In this document: positions 10,369 through 18,629 of the stretch, in pieces
Position numbering within the stretch: position 1 is the first letter of the stretch
Layout of the letters: the number at the start of each line of letters is the position of its first letter
Assembly: GCA_016219325.1 (NCBI GenBank)
Contig: JACRNH010000007.1
Location: forward strand, 1 to 58,482
Reading direction: 5' to 3'
Source: Candidatus Collierbacteria bacterium
GTDB taxonomy: Bacteria > Patescibacteriota > Microgenomatia > UBA1400 > JACPES01
DNA: 58,482 bases
Made by a program: the position numbers and the translations under genes
The notes under the pieces: generated by a model
What the model was told of the DNA's origin: nothing
Seen by the model: the letters and a program-made list of their open reading frames with translations, nothing else
The model's database searches: none

Positions 10369-10512
10369 ATGAAAAAACTGTTAATTTTCTTCTTTATAAT
10401 TGTTTTAACCCATACTATTAAAGACTTCTTCCAGGATTTTCTGGAAACCGATTTTTTATATTTTGCCGATGCTAATGAAAATTTGATGGCAGTGCCGAAA
10501 TTGGGGAGATAG
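10369..10512 (+). CDS. Possible small membrane or secreted peptide (47 aa)
   Basis: ATG ORF below the ORF-track size cutoff. Translates to MKKLLIFFFIIVLTHTIKDFF..., with a hydrophobic N-terminus. Confidence 0.25.
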   Translation: MKKLLIFFFIIVLTHTIKDFFQDFLETDFLYFADANENLMAVPKLGR

Positions 10513-10594
10513 GCGTTGGCTATGGCAAACCAACCCGCATCCCCGCTTCACAAATGAAAATGAAATATAAGACGATTCTCCGTCAGGGACCGTT

Positions 10595-11626
10595 TTAATT
10601 CTTTATCGCCTCTAAAAAGGGGAGAGTTCCATTGGCCAAATAGTACAACATCGCCCCGCCGCCACTGGAAATCCAGTCAATTCCACTTTCCAAACCAAAA
10701 GCTGTTAAAACCGCCTCGGTGTCTCCGCCGCCAACCACGGTGTAAGCTTTCGTTTGATTCATGGCCTTAGCTACAATCTCTGTTCCGGCTGAATGTTTAC
10801 CATCCTCAAACTTTCCCATTGGTCCATTCCAAACCACTGTACCGGCGGTCATAATTTTATCGGCAAACATCTTGGCTGACGCTTCAGTAACATCCATACC
10901 GCTATCGTTTAATTTAGCTGCCTTAATGCAGCCGCCGCCCGGCAAACAAACAGATCTCAGTTTCGTTGGCAATAATCCGCCTATCAGGACCTCGTCCGAC
11001 CGCTTCGCCAGCTTCGGAATTAGGGTTATTTTGGTGTCAACTTTGGCTCCTCCTAGAATAAATATTACCGGTTTCTTCGGATTTTCCAGAACTTTTGATA
11101 AATGGGATATTTCAACTTCAAATCTAAAACCAACTGCAACCCTACAGACTAATTTAGGCACCAAAACCACCGAAGCATGCGAACGATAAGAAGCAAAGGC
11201 ATCAAAGATATAAACGTCCGGAGACAAACGTCGCACAATATTTTGAGCGAAAGTGGGGGAGTTGCCTTCCTCTCCCGGATCGAAACGCAGATTTTCTTCT
11301 ACCTTGATCCCCGCCCCCGGAAATCTGCTCTCAAACCAATCCGCTACTAGCCTTAAACTTAACTCTTCTACCCTCTTTCCGCCAGGTCTGCCCAAGTGGC
11401 CAATTATAGTAATTTTTGCCTGTCTATCAACCAAATATTTAATAGTTGGCAGAGAATTTAACAATCTGGTATCGTCTGCAACTTTTGCCTTTTGCCTTTT
11501 GCCTTTTGCCTTTTTCACTGGCACATCCAAGTCCAGCCTAACCAAGACCTTTTTACCGTTGACGTCAACGTCCGCTATGGTTTTCAATTGCCTATGACTT
11601 TCGGGTTTTCTTGACATTTTGGTCAT
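10595..11626 (-). CDS. pgk: Phosphoglycerate kinase (short form, 343 aa)
   Basis: KKVLVRLDLDVPV...DDTRLLNSLPTIKYL and C-terminal GGGDTEA...ISSGGGAMLYYL motifs. Contains an in-frame hexamer microsatellite. Confidence 0.9.
   Translation of the reverse strand: MTKMSRKPESHRQLKTIADVDVNGKKVLVRLDLDVPVKKAKGKRQKAKVADDTRLLNSLPTIKYLVDRQAKITIIGHLGRPGGKRVEELSLRLVADWFESRFPGAGIKVEENLRFDPGEEGNSPTFAQNIVRRLSPDVYIFDAFASYRSHASVVLVPKLVCRVAVGFRFEVEISHLSKVLENPKKPVIFILGGAKVDTKITLIPKLAKRSDEVLIGGLLPTKLRSVCLPGGGCIKAAKLNDSGMDVTEASAKMFADKIMTAGTVVWNGPMGKFEDGKHSAGTEIVAKAMNQTKAYTVVGGGDTEAVLTAFGLESGIDWISSGGGAMLYYLANGTLPFLEAIKN
11483..11516. repeat. Hexanucleotide microsatellite (TTTTGC/GCAAAA, about 4-5 units) inside pgk
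   Basis: Read directly. Encodes KAKGKRQKAK inside the conserved N-terminal segment of PGK. Confidence 0.9.
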
Positions 11627-11652
11627 TTTAATATATCATACACGTATCTTTT

Positions 11653-11681
11653 AACCTACGCCACCAAGCGTAGGTTTTTTT
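11653..11681 (+). terminator. Orphan terminator-like hairpin (plus strand)
   Basis: AACCTACGC-CACCAA-GCGTAGGTT followed by TTTTTTT. No plus-strand gene lies upstream, because the pgk start is adjacent on the minus strand. Confidence 0.45.
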
Positions 11682-11832
11682 ATGATGAGCCTTGATTTTT
11701 CTGGTAAGAAAAATCAGCCGGCGCATCATACCCGCCGACCAGCCGCTCTTCAGGCCGTAAACGAATAGTTCACGCAGTAGGCATGAAGTAGGGCTAGGCG
11801 GGGCTCAACCAAGGCCTAAATTAAGCCCAACT

Positions 11833-12402
11833 ATGTTATGGAAAAAAAGCCATTTTCTATCCAAAAAACTGCGGCCGGTCTTTGAAAGCCGCAAAATTAA
11901 AGCTATAGTCGGCGGAAACTTAGCCCTGTCTATATTCTTGGTCAATCTGATGGGCCCGATCGGAGGTCAAACACCGGCAGGGTCCATTGAAGTCACCACC
12001 CTAACCCCTGATACAGTCAAAGTCATTACCGAAACAACCTTCAGAATCCCTTTAGCCGAAAATAACGGTTACTCTCAAGGTTTCTACGATAAACATCCCG
12101 GAGTAGATATCAAATCTAAACTGGGAACCAAGATCTTGGCTGCGGCCCCAGGAACCGTTATTGAGGTTGAACGTAAAAAAATGGGATATGGGCATAAACT
12201 GGTAATCGGGCATTCTGGGCGAATAAGCACGCTTTATGCCCATTTGGACACTATTAATGTTAACGTTGGCGATTATGTAACTAAGGAAACAGTTTTAGGA
12301 ACAGTTGGATTGACAGGCTGGACCACCGGTCCGCATTTACACTTTGAAGTCAGAAATGATTCCGGATACATTAATCCTAAACAGATTTTACCGGAGCTTT
12401 AA
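11833..12402 (+). CDS. M23/LytM-family peptidase with N-terminal membrane anchor
   Basis: HPGVDI (HxxxD) and GWTTGPHLHFEV (HxH) motifs. TM segment near the N-terminus. Confidence 0.85.
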   Translation: MLWKKSHFLSKKLRPVFESRKIKAIVGGNLALSIFLVNLMGPIGGQTPAGSIEVTTLTPDTVKVITETTFRIPLAENNGYSQGFYDKHPGVDIKSKLGTKILAAAPGTVIEVERKKMGYGHKLVIGHSGRISTLYAHLDTINVNVGDYVTKETVLGTVGLTGWTTGPHLHFEVRNDSGYINPKQILPEL

Positions 12403-12417
12403 TTAAGGTACAAGAAA

Positions 12418-12439
12418 GTACGCGCCTTCGGCGCAGTAC
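12418..12439. terminator. GC hairpin between the convergent M23 peptidase and cmk genes
   Basis: GTACGCGCC-TTC-GGCGCAGTAC. No flanking T-run on either strand. Confidence 0.35.
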
Positions 12440-12470
12440 AAAAATGTACAACAAGCTAAGTCTTCTTTCT

Positions 12471-12520
12471 TTTATTTTCTTTTACTTTCTTTTACTTTCT
12501 TGTACTTTCTTGTACTTCAC
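12471..12520. repeat. Five tandem units of about 10 nt (TTTACTTTCT / TGTACTTTCT)
   Basis: Read directly. Overlaps the 3' end of cmk and encodes the KYKKVQESKRK tail. An inverted copy, GTACAAGAAAGTAC, lies at 12407-12420. Confidence 0.85.
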
Positions 12521-13216
12521 TTCAAAGTATTCTTCCGGTACTAACTTCAAAATCATATCTACAACTTCATTTACAGTCTTTCCTGTCGTGTCAACCAGCA
12601 CGGCATCATCGGCTTTCCGCAAGGGGGCATAGGCCCGGCGCATGTCCAATTCGTCTCTTTCCTTTAAAGCCCTGATTATCTCTCCGTGAGGAGTGGTATC
12701 GCCCTTATTCTGATATTCCTGGAAACGCCTTTTTGCCCTTTCTCTGGGATCGGCAGTCAGATAAACCTTTACTTGAGCTTTCGGTAAAACCATGGTTCCG
12801 ATTTCCCGCCCCTCTATAACCACGCTTTGGCCTTTTGCCAACAGCTTTTCCTTTGCATGAACTGCATTAATAACAACCTTATTAACCGCAATTTTAGCCA
12901 CCAGATCATCAATTCCATGACCTCTTATCTCCCAAGAAATATCCTTTCCGTCCAGCAATACGGTGATCTTTCTACCGTCTTGTTCTTTTGGTAAGGCCTG
13001 CCTTTCAACCAATTCTGAATTTCTTAGCTTTTTGGCAATATCTCCCGCTTGATTTGGATTTAAATTGTCCCGTAGAGCAATATAGGCTGCAGTCCGGTAG
13101 ATTGCTCCGGCATCGATTAAAAAAATGTCCAGGCGGCGGGAAATTTCTTTGGCAACAGTGCTTTTCCCCGACCCTATGGGCCCATCTATAGCAATGTGCA
13201 GAGATTTTACGGGCAT
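12482..13216 (-). CDS. cmk: Cytidylate kinase
   Basis: IAIDGPIGSGKSTVAK P-loop, and IDAGAIYR is typical of CMP kinase type 1. Confidence 0.9.
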   Translation of the reverse strand: MPVKSLHIAIDGPIGSGKSTVAKEISRRLDIFLIDAGAIYRTAAYIALRDNLNPNQAGDIAKKLRNSELVERQALPKEQDGRKITVLLDGKDISWEIRGHGIDDLVAKIAVNKVVINAVHAKEKLLAKGQSVVIEGREIGTMVLPKAQVKVYLTADPRERAKRRFQEYQNKGDTTPHGEIIRALKERDELDMRRAYAPLRKADDAVLVDTTGKTVNEVVDMILKLVPEEYFEVKYKKVQESKRK

Positions 13217-13241
13217 AAAAAAACCCCGACCTAAGTCGGGG
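13217..13241 (-). terminator. Rho-independent terminator after groEL
   Basis: On the minus strand: CCCCGAC-TTAG-GTCGGGG followed by TTTTTTT. Confidence 0.75.
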
Positions 13242-13253
13242 TTAAGGTTTAAA

Positions 13254-14876
13254 TTACATGTCCATCCCGGACATGTCCGGAGTTGGTAATTTATCGTCTT
13301 TCTTTTCCGGAATATCCGTAACTAAGGCTTCGGTAGTTAAAATCATTGAACCAACCGATGCCGCGTTTTGCAAAGCGCTTCTGGTAACTTTAACCGGGTC
13401 AATTATGCCTTGCTTAAGCATGGAGCCGAATTCTAAGGTCAGAGCGTTGAAACCATAATCAGCCACAGCCGAATCAGCCACTTTTTTAACCACCCATCCA
13501 GCGTCAGCCCCTGAATTTACCGCCAACCACCTTAGGGGTTGACTGCAAGCGTCACGCATAATATCCACGCCTACTTTTTCGTCATTACCATCAAAAATTA
13601 ATTTGTCCAGAACCTTGGCCGACCTTAACAAGGCCACTCCGCCCCCCGGAACGATTCCCTCTTCAATTGCCGCCTTGGTAGCTTCAACCGCGTCTTTGAC
13701 TCTCTCCTGAAGCTCCTTAAGCTCAACTTCTGTGGCTGCTCCGACGCTGATTACAGCTACCCCGCCGGACAGTTTGGCCAATCTTTCCTGAAGTTTCTCT
13801 TTGTCGAAATCGCTAGTGGTTCTGTCCATTTCTGAACGGATTGACTGAATTCTGGCCTGAATCGCCGCTTTAGTTCCGCCGCCGCCAATAATTCTGGTAT
13901 TATCCTTGTCTGCGACAACTCTATCGGCTCTGCCCAAGTCTTCGACGGTAACGGAATCCAATTTTCTGCCGGTATCTTCTGAAATAAACGATCCTCCCGT
14001 CAAAATCGCAATGTCTTCCAACATGGCCTTGCGCCTGTCGCCGAATCCAGGGGCTTTAACTGCCAAAACGTTAAACGATCCGCGCATTTTGTTGACAACC
14101 AATGTTGCTAAAGCCTCTCCTTCAACTTCATCGGCCACAATCACCAAGTTCTTGCTGATTTTGACGAACTTTTCCAAGAAAGGCAAAAGATCGGAGATAG
14201 AGCTGACTTTTTGATCAGTGATTAGAATATATGCGTCGCTGATTTCAGATTCCATCGTGTCGGCATTGGTAGAAAAATATGGCGATGCGTAGCCCTTATC
14301 GAAAGACATGCCTTCTTTATGATCAATTTCTATTTCAAAACCTTTGCCTTCTTCAACCTCAACCAAACCATCCCGGCCAACTAGTTTAAGAGCCTCGGCG
14401 ATCTTCTTGCCAACTTTCTGATCTCCGGCTGATATTGTAGCCACAGACTCCCAATCTTCAGGCTTAACGTCTTTAGCTATTCGCTTTAATTCTGTTACCA
14501 AAGCCTCAACTGCCTTATCGATACCGTGTTTAATCAGCATCGGGTTGGCTCCGGCAGTAATATTCTTCATTCCCGAAGAAACGATCGTTTGAGCCAGAAC
14601 TGTAGCCGTAGTAGTCCCGTCTCCGGCAACGTCATTTGTTTTGCTGGCGGCTTCTTTCACCAGCTGGGCGCCCATATTTTCAAACGGATCTATTAATTCA
14701 ATTTCTTTAGCCACCGAAACTCCGTCATGGACAACGGTCGGAGCACCCCATTTTTTATCCAAAGCTACGTTTCTGCCTCGTGGACCGAGAGTAGTAATAA
14801 CGGCTTTAGCGAGCTGATTAACCCCAGAAAGAAGCTTGTTTCGGGCTTGATCGGAAAATAATAATTGTTTTGGCAT
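13254..14876 (-). CDS. groEL: Chaperonin GroEL
   Basis: [12 protein letters not shown] and the C-terminal GGM-like tail (MSGMDM). 540 aa. Confidence 0.97.
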   Translation of the reverse strand: MPKQLLFSDQARNKLLSGVNQLAKAVITTLGPRGRNVALDKKWGAPTVVHDGVSVAKEIELIDPFENMGAQLVKEAASKTNDVAGDGTTTATVLAQTIVSSGMKNITAGANPMLIKHGIDKAVEALVTELKRIAKDVKPEDWESVATISAGDQKVGKKIAEALKLVGRDGLVEVEEGKGFEIEIDHKEGMSFDKGYASPYFSTNADTMESEISDAYILITDQKVSSISDLLPFLEKFVKISKNLVIVADEVEGEALATLVVNKMRGSFNVLAVKAPGFGDRRKAMLEDIAILTGGSFISEDTGRKLDSVTVEDLGRADRVVADKDNTRIIGGGGTKAAIQARIQSIRSEMDRTTSDFDKEKLQERLAKLSGGVAVISVGAATEVELKELQERVKDAVEATKAAIEEGIVPGGGVALLRSAKVLDKLIFDGNDEKVGVDIMRDACSQPLRWLAVNSGADAGWVVKKVADSAVADYGFNALTLEFGSMLKQGIIDPVKVTRSALQNAASVGSMILTTEALVTDIPEKKDDKLPTPDMSGMDM

Positions 14877-14877
14877 A

Positions 14878-15189
14878 TTAAATTACTGCGAGAACGTCCT
14901 CAAATTTCAAGAACTGATATTCTACATCACCAATTTTAACATCATTCCCGCCCCATTTTTTGTAAATCACATGATCGCCCTTTTTAACCGGACAAACAAT
15001 TTTCGCCCCGTGCTCAGTTGACCAATCCCCTCCAACCGCCAAAACCATGCCCTGCTGGGGTTTTTCATCATGAGAATCAGGTAAATAAATTCCGGAAATT
15101 GTTTTCTTGTCTGCCTTTACCGGTTCAACCAGGATATATCCAGGCAATGGTTTAAGCGATTTGGGGTCAATGATTTTCGCGGTTGCCAT
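14878..15189 (-). CDS. groES: Co-chaperonin GroES
   Basis: 103 aa, [12 protein letters not shown]...GIYLPD mobile-loop region, immediately upstream of groEL. Confidence 0.95.
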   Translation of the reverse strand: MATAKIIDPKSLKPLPGYILVEPVKADKKTISGIYLPDSHDEKPQQGMVLAVGGDWSTEHGAKIVCPVKKGDHVIYKKWGGNDVKIGDVEYQFLKFEDVLAVI

Positions 15190-15201
15190 ATCTTTTATAT
15201 C

Positions 15202-15228
15202 TTATCACTCTTTTATCTAAACTGCTAG
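15202..15228 (-). promoter_or_regulatory. Degenerate CIRCE-like inverted repeat upstream of groES
   Basis: The minus strand reads CTAGCAGTT-N9-GAGTGATAA, versus the CIRCE consensus TTAGCACTC-N9-GAGTGCTAA. That is 6/9 and 8/9 matches with correct 9-nt spacing. Confidence 0.45.
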
Positions 15229-15270
15229 AGGGTAATATAAAACAGAATAAAAATTCTGTCAAGGGGCGGA

Positions 15271-15672
15271 TTATTGTGGATATAATGTAAGATTGGGAAA
15301 TCTGCGGAAATGTTTCTGATTGTCTGTCACCAACATGCTCCCGCTAGCTACCGCCGTTGCGCCGATTAATAAATCAAACTCATCCAGCCGGTTTCCGGCT
15401 TTTTCCAACTGGGTTTTTGCGACTGCATACAGATCAACAATATCGTCGTTAAGCGGTGCAATCCCAATATTAAAGTCAGAAATCAAGTCTAATGTTTTTT
15501 TCTTTTCTGCATTTGGATTCCCCGATCTGTATGTCCCATACAACAGTTCCGCTTTGGTAATTATGCTAACAAATAGATCTCCTTTGCTATTTATTTCTCT
15601 CCATAAAATATCGCTTCCCTGTTTGCCCCGGAGAAAATTGACGATAGAACTTGTGTCAATTAACAATTTCAT
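15271..15672 (-). CDS. vapC: PIN-domain toxin (VapC family)
   Basis: MKLLIDTSSIV... with conserved acidic residues. 133 aa, overlaps the upstream antitoxin gene. Confidence 0.85.
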   Translation of the reverse strand: MKLLIDTSSIVNFLRGKQGSDILWREINSKGDLFVSIITKAELLYGTYRSGNPNAEKKKTLDLISDFNIGIAPLNDDIVDLYAVAKTQLEKAGNRLDEFDLLIGATAVASGSMLVTDNQKHFRRFPNLTLYPQ

Positions 15673-15928
15673 CTGTTAACGATCTGGAACGGAAATATCT
15701 AGATGGTTTACCTATAACAGCAGCCCATTTTTCCCCTTTCCAGACGCCAAAATATTTTTTCACCATTCCGACTACATCTTTTTTTCCCGATTCCCCTTTG
15801 ACCGGAATTACCTTGGCGATCGGCCGACCGTGCCTTTCAATCGTCACCGTTTCCCCCCGGAACAATACCGCGCTCAATATCTCGGAGAACTCGTTTCTGG
15901 CATCACTGGCCGTATAAGTAGAATTCAT
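15656..15928 (-). CDS. Phd/YefM-type antitoxin
   Basis: ARNEFSEILSAV...GETVTIERHGRPIAKVIP is the Phd/YefM N-terminal pattern. 17-nt overlap with vapC. Confidence 0.75.
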   Translation of the reverse strand: MNSTYTASDARNEFSEILSAVLFRGETVTIERHGRPIAKVIPVKGESGKKDVVGMVKKYFGVWKGEKWAAVIGKPSRYFRSRSLTDEIVN

Positions 15929-15934
15929 AAAACC

Positions 15935-15963
15935 ATTTTATACAAATTGTACAAAACTGTCAA
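15935..15963 (-). promoter_or_regulatory. Sigma70-type promoter TTGACA-N17-TAAAAT, 6 nt before the antitoxin ATG
   Basis: Read on the minus strand: -35 at 15958-15963, -10 at 15935-15940, ATG at 15928. Confidence 0.55.
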
Positions 15964-16156
15964 TATGCGGACATTATTGAAAGGACATTAGCTTAAATGT
16001 CGATACGAATTGATTAACGTCATCGTCCCCAACGCCCGAAAGCGTCATTTCAATAATTTGCCCATCGTTTTCAAAATATATTTTTCTGACCATAATAACA
16101 AGAGGGATGTTGCCTAAAGTCAATCCTTGTCTTCCCAAAAGTCAAATCAAAAATCA

Positions 16157-16192
16157 TGTAGATTGACTCTGCTATAGCAGAGTCAATCTACA
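16157..16192. repeat. Perfect 36-bp palindrome TGTAGATTGACTCTGCTA/TAGCAGAGTCAATCTACA
   Basis: Read directly. Lies 42 nt upstream of the -35 of the downstream TA operon. Confidence 0.9.
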
Positions 16193-16233
16193 CAGTTGTA
16201 TGGATAAGCAAGCTATTAATTCTCAATCTAATA

Positions 16234-16262
16234 TTGACAATAGCTACCTTTTGTCATACAAT
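16234..16262 (+). promoter_or_regulatory. Sigma70-type promoter TTGACA-N17-TACAAT, 8 nt before the ATG
   Basis: -35 at 16234-16239, -10 at 16257-16262, ATG at 16271. Confidence 0.55.
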
Positions 16263-16270
16263 CATTTGCA

Positions 16271-16543
16271 ATGCCGCACTTTGATTGGAATGAAGAAAAG
16301 AACTCTTATTTAAAAGAAACAAGGAAAATAGGTTTTGAAGATGTTGTGACAGCTTTTAGAGAAAACAAGTTGGTTGATGTGGTTGACCATCCAAATCAAA
16401 AAAAATATAAGGGACAAAAAATTATGTTTCTGTTAATTAACGATTATGTTTATGCCGTACCCTATATTGAAGACTCTAACAAATTGTTCTTAAAAACCAT
16501 ATATCCGTCAAGAACGGCAACGCAAAAATATCTTAGGAAATGA
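16271..16543 (+). CDS. BrnT-like (DUF497) toxin
   Basis: FDWNEEKNSYLKETRKIGFEDVV at the N-terminus resembles the DUF497/BrnT signature. 90 aa, followed directly by an RHH protein gene. Confidence 0.55.
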   Translation: MPHFDWNEEKNSYLKETRKIGFEDVVTAFRENKLVDVVDHPNQKKYKGQKIMFLLINDYVYAVPYIEDSNKLFLKTIYPSRTATQKYLRK

Positions 16544-16556
16544 GGTGAGAAATACT

Positions 16557-16835
16557 ATGAACAAAATTAAATTGGATAAATATGAACAGACAATAGAGAA
16601 AGCTTTAGCGGCTGGCAATTTTAAACGGATAAAGAATTTCGCTGATGAAAAGGATAAATTGGCTAAGGCTGCGGAAAATACCCTTAATAAAATGCGGAAT
16701 ATCAATTTAAGAGTTTCGATTAGGGACCTGATGAAAGTCAAATCCCGGGCCGAAGAAACCGGAATTCCCTACCAAACTTTAGTCCGCTCTCTAATCCGCC
16801 AATACGCTTCCGGTCAAGTTCAGCTGAGGGTATAA
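16557..16835 (+). CDS. BrnA-like CopG/RHH antitoxin
   Basis: C-terminal INLRVSIRDLMKVKSRAEETGIPYQTLVRSLIRQYA is a ribbon-helix-helix. The ATG at 16557 is preceded by a GGTGA SD-like motif; the ORF track starts at GTG 16545. Confidence 0.55.
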   Translation: MNKIKLDKYEQTIEKALAAGNFKRIKNFADEKDKLAKAAENTLNKMRNINLRVSIRDLMKVKSRAEETGIPYQTLVRSLIRQYASGQVQLRV

Positions 16836-16854
16836 TTGAAATTAATTTACGGAT

Positions 16855-17409
16855 TTAGGAAACTTTGTTGATCTCGGACAATAAAACGCCTTCGCAGGAG
16901 AGGCCTTTATCCAGAAATTGAGCGTTTAGTTCTTCCCTTAATTGCTTTTCTAGCATTGGGCGGTCATTTTTGAGCTGGTCAAAATTCAAAGTACTCCCGA
17001 CTGAAGCAATCTTGGACCGGCTAATAGGACGGACAACTTTAGACACAAAATTTTCACCTATGCTTTCCCATAATTCCGGCGCATTATTCTTGTCAATCTT
17101 AAACAGAATGGAACCGGTAATCACTATGTTTATTCCATCTTTGGTGGTAGCATGAATCGGAGTGTCCCCCAGCGCTTCTTTATTGCTCAGGTCAACGCCT
17201 TCAACAATCGTATATTCCAAAATCTGGGCATTGAATAGCTTGGCCACTTGCCAAAACGGAATTTTTAAGTGCAGCCCCGGCCCCCAAATATGCGGCAAAA
17301 CTCCGCGGCCACGGTCATAAACACAAGCTATGTGGCCGGGGGGAACGGAAATAAAGAAGCCGCCGACGACTTCATCAACAAAAAAGCTGACTACCAATTT
17401 ATCAAACAT
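16855..17409 (-). CDS. SPFH/band-7 (prohibitin-like) domain protein
   Basis: PGLHLKIPFWQVAKLFNAQILEY...TKDGINIVITGSILFKI is typical of the SPFH fold. N-terminal TM segment. Confidence 0.7.
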   Translation of the reverse strand: MFDKLVVSFFVDEVVGGFFISVPPGHIACVYDRGRGVLPHIWGPGLHLKIPFWQVAKLFNAQILEYTIVEGVDLSNKEALGDTPIHATTKDGINIVITGSILFKIDKNNAPELWESIGENFVSKVVRPISRSKIASVGSTLNFDQLKNDRPMLEKQLREELNAQFLDKGLSCEGVLLSEINKVS

Positions 17410-17440
17410 AAAACAAGATTCTTAATTGCATATTGTACTC

Positions 17441-18208
17441 TCAATCAGACTTCGGGGGCAAATCGCCAACGACTTCTGTTTTCTTGTCCATCGCTCTTCC
17501 CAATCTATACCACCAATATTTAATCTGGCGGATTGAAATATAGACGATACTAAAAAGCAAAGTTGTTATGATAAACAATTTTTTTCCGGCCGGAAGCTGG
17601 GAAAAAATAATGTAGGAACCTATCGGCAAAGTAAATTGGGCAAGAATCATCTCCTTTCTGGTAATCGGGAATAACGAAAACAGACTCGCCTCAACTTCAA
17701 AAATAAAAATCACAATTGACTGAATCGCGTTTAGAGTGGCGTTAGGATGAGTCAAGTCATATTTTCCCATGAAGGTCAGATTAAATGCTTCCTTTGGCTG
17801 CGGAATAAAATCATAAAGCAAATGAAAATCTTCTCCCAATAGCCCCTTGGCGAAAATCCGCCACAACATTAGAGCCACAATGGTTTGAATGACCAAATTA
17901 AGACCGGATACAAATACAATCTTCCTGTTTGCTTTTAATAAATTTTTAACATGGGCATCGCGGGCCACCGGATCAGCAGAAAACTTTTTCTTTAATTCTT
18001 CAGCCTCGCCGGACAGCCTGTATCTTTCAGACTCGCTTCTGTCTCCGGAAATTGTCAGCGGCATCAAAATAATTCTGATGGCAATAGTAAATATAATCAC
18101 TGCTATCCCCATGTCAGCGCCTGAACCAAGAATAAAATGCAAAAAATAATAAATAACCACCAGTAGGTTTAAAAACGGCTGATAGAAGATTTGGGTAAAT
18201 AAATTCAA
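17441..18208 (-). CDS. YidC/Oxa1-family membrane insertase (second paralogue)
   Basis: FYQPFLNLLVVIY...GIAVIIFTIAIRIILMPLT is the YidC core TM1/TM2 pattern. 255 aa. Confidence 0.75.
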   Translation of the reverse strand: MNLFTQIFYQPFLNLLVVIYYFLHFILGSGADMGIAVIIFTIAIRIILMPLTISGDRSESERYRLSGEAEELKKKFSADPVARDAHVKNLLKANRKIVFVSGLNLVIQTIVALMLWRIFAKGLLGEDFHLLYDFIPQPKEAFNLTFMGKYDLTHPNATLNAIQSIVIFIFEVEASLFSLFPITRKEMILAQFTLPIGSYIIFSQLPAGKKLFIITTLLFSIVYISIRQIKYWWYRLGRAMDKKTEVVGDLPPKSD

Positions 18209-18212
18209 AGCA

Positions 18213-18629
18213 TTATGATCTCAATTTGGCGATTAATTTTGTTGTTGAATATTCAGGATTATACTTGTTTACCACCCTAAGCTTAACTCCGGCCTTTCGG
18301 CATATTTCTTTTTTATTTTCCATAAACGGGCTATTCCCTGACACCGCATAAATATCCGCTTTTACCGATAGAAGCATTTTCTCATATTCCCGGTTTGAAT
18401 TAAATTCATTCGGCAAGATTATAACTTCGTCAACACATTCCAGGGCCTCAAGCATTTGTTTTCTTTCAGATTGGTTCATAATTGGCCGTTGTGAGCCTTT
18501 AAGTTCTTTAGTCCTGAAATCAGATTCGATACCAACCACCAACTTCCCTCCCAATTTTTTAGCAGCCTGTAAAAAGTTTAAGTGCTCAATATGCAAAAGA
18601 TCAAAAATTCCGGTGGCAAAGACGATCAT
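18213..18629 (-). CDS. Cytidylyltransferase-family protein (TagD/RfaE-II-like)
   Basis: GIFDLLHIEHLNFLQAAKKLG contains the HxGH-type nucleotidyltransferase motif. 138 aa. Confidence 0.75.
   Translation of the reverse strand: MIVFATGIFDLLHIEHLNFLQAAKKLGGKLVVGIESDFRTKELKGSQRPIMNQSERKQMLEALECVDEVIILPNEFNSNREYEKMLLSVKADIYAVSGNSPFMENKKEICRKAGVKLRVVNKYNPEYSTTKLIAKLRS

Noticed and set aside
11682-11832. A cyclic-di-AMP (ydaO-type) riboswitch upstream of the M23 peptidase gene
   Set aside because: Cell-wall hydrolase genes often carry it, but I could not find the conserved core strings or pseudo-two-fold architecture by eye. It is left as an unassigned structured leader pending a covariance-model scan.
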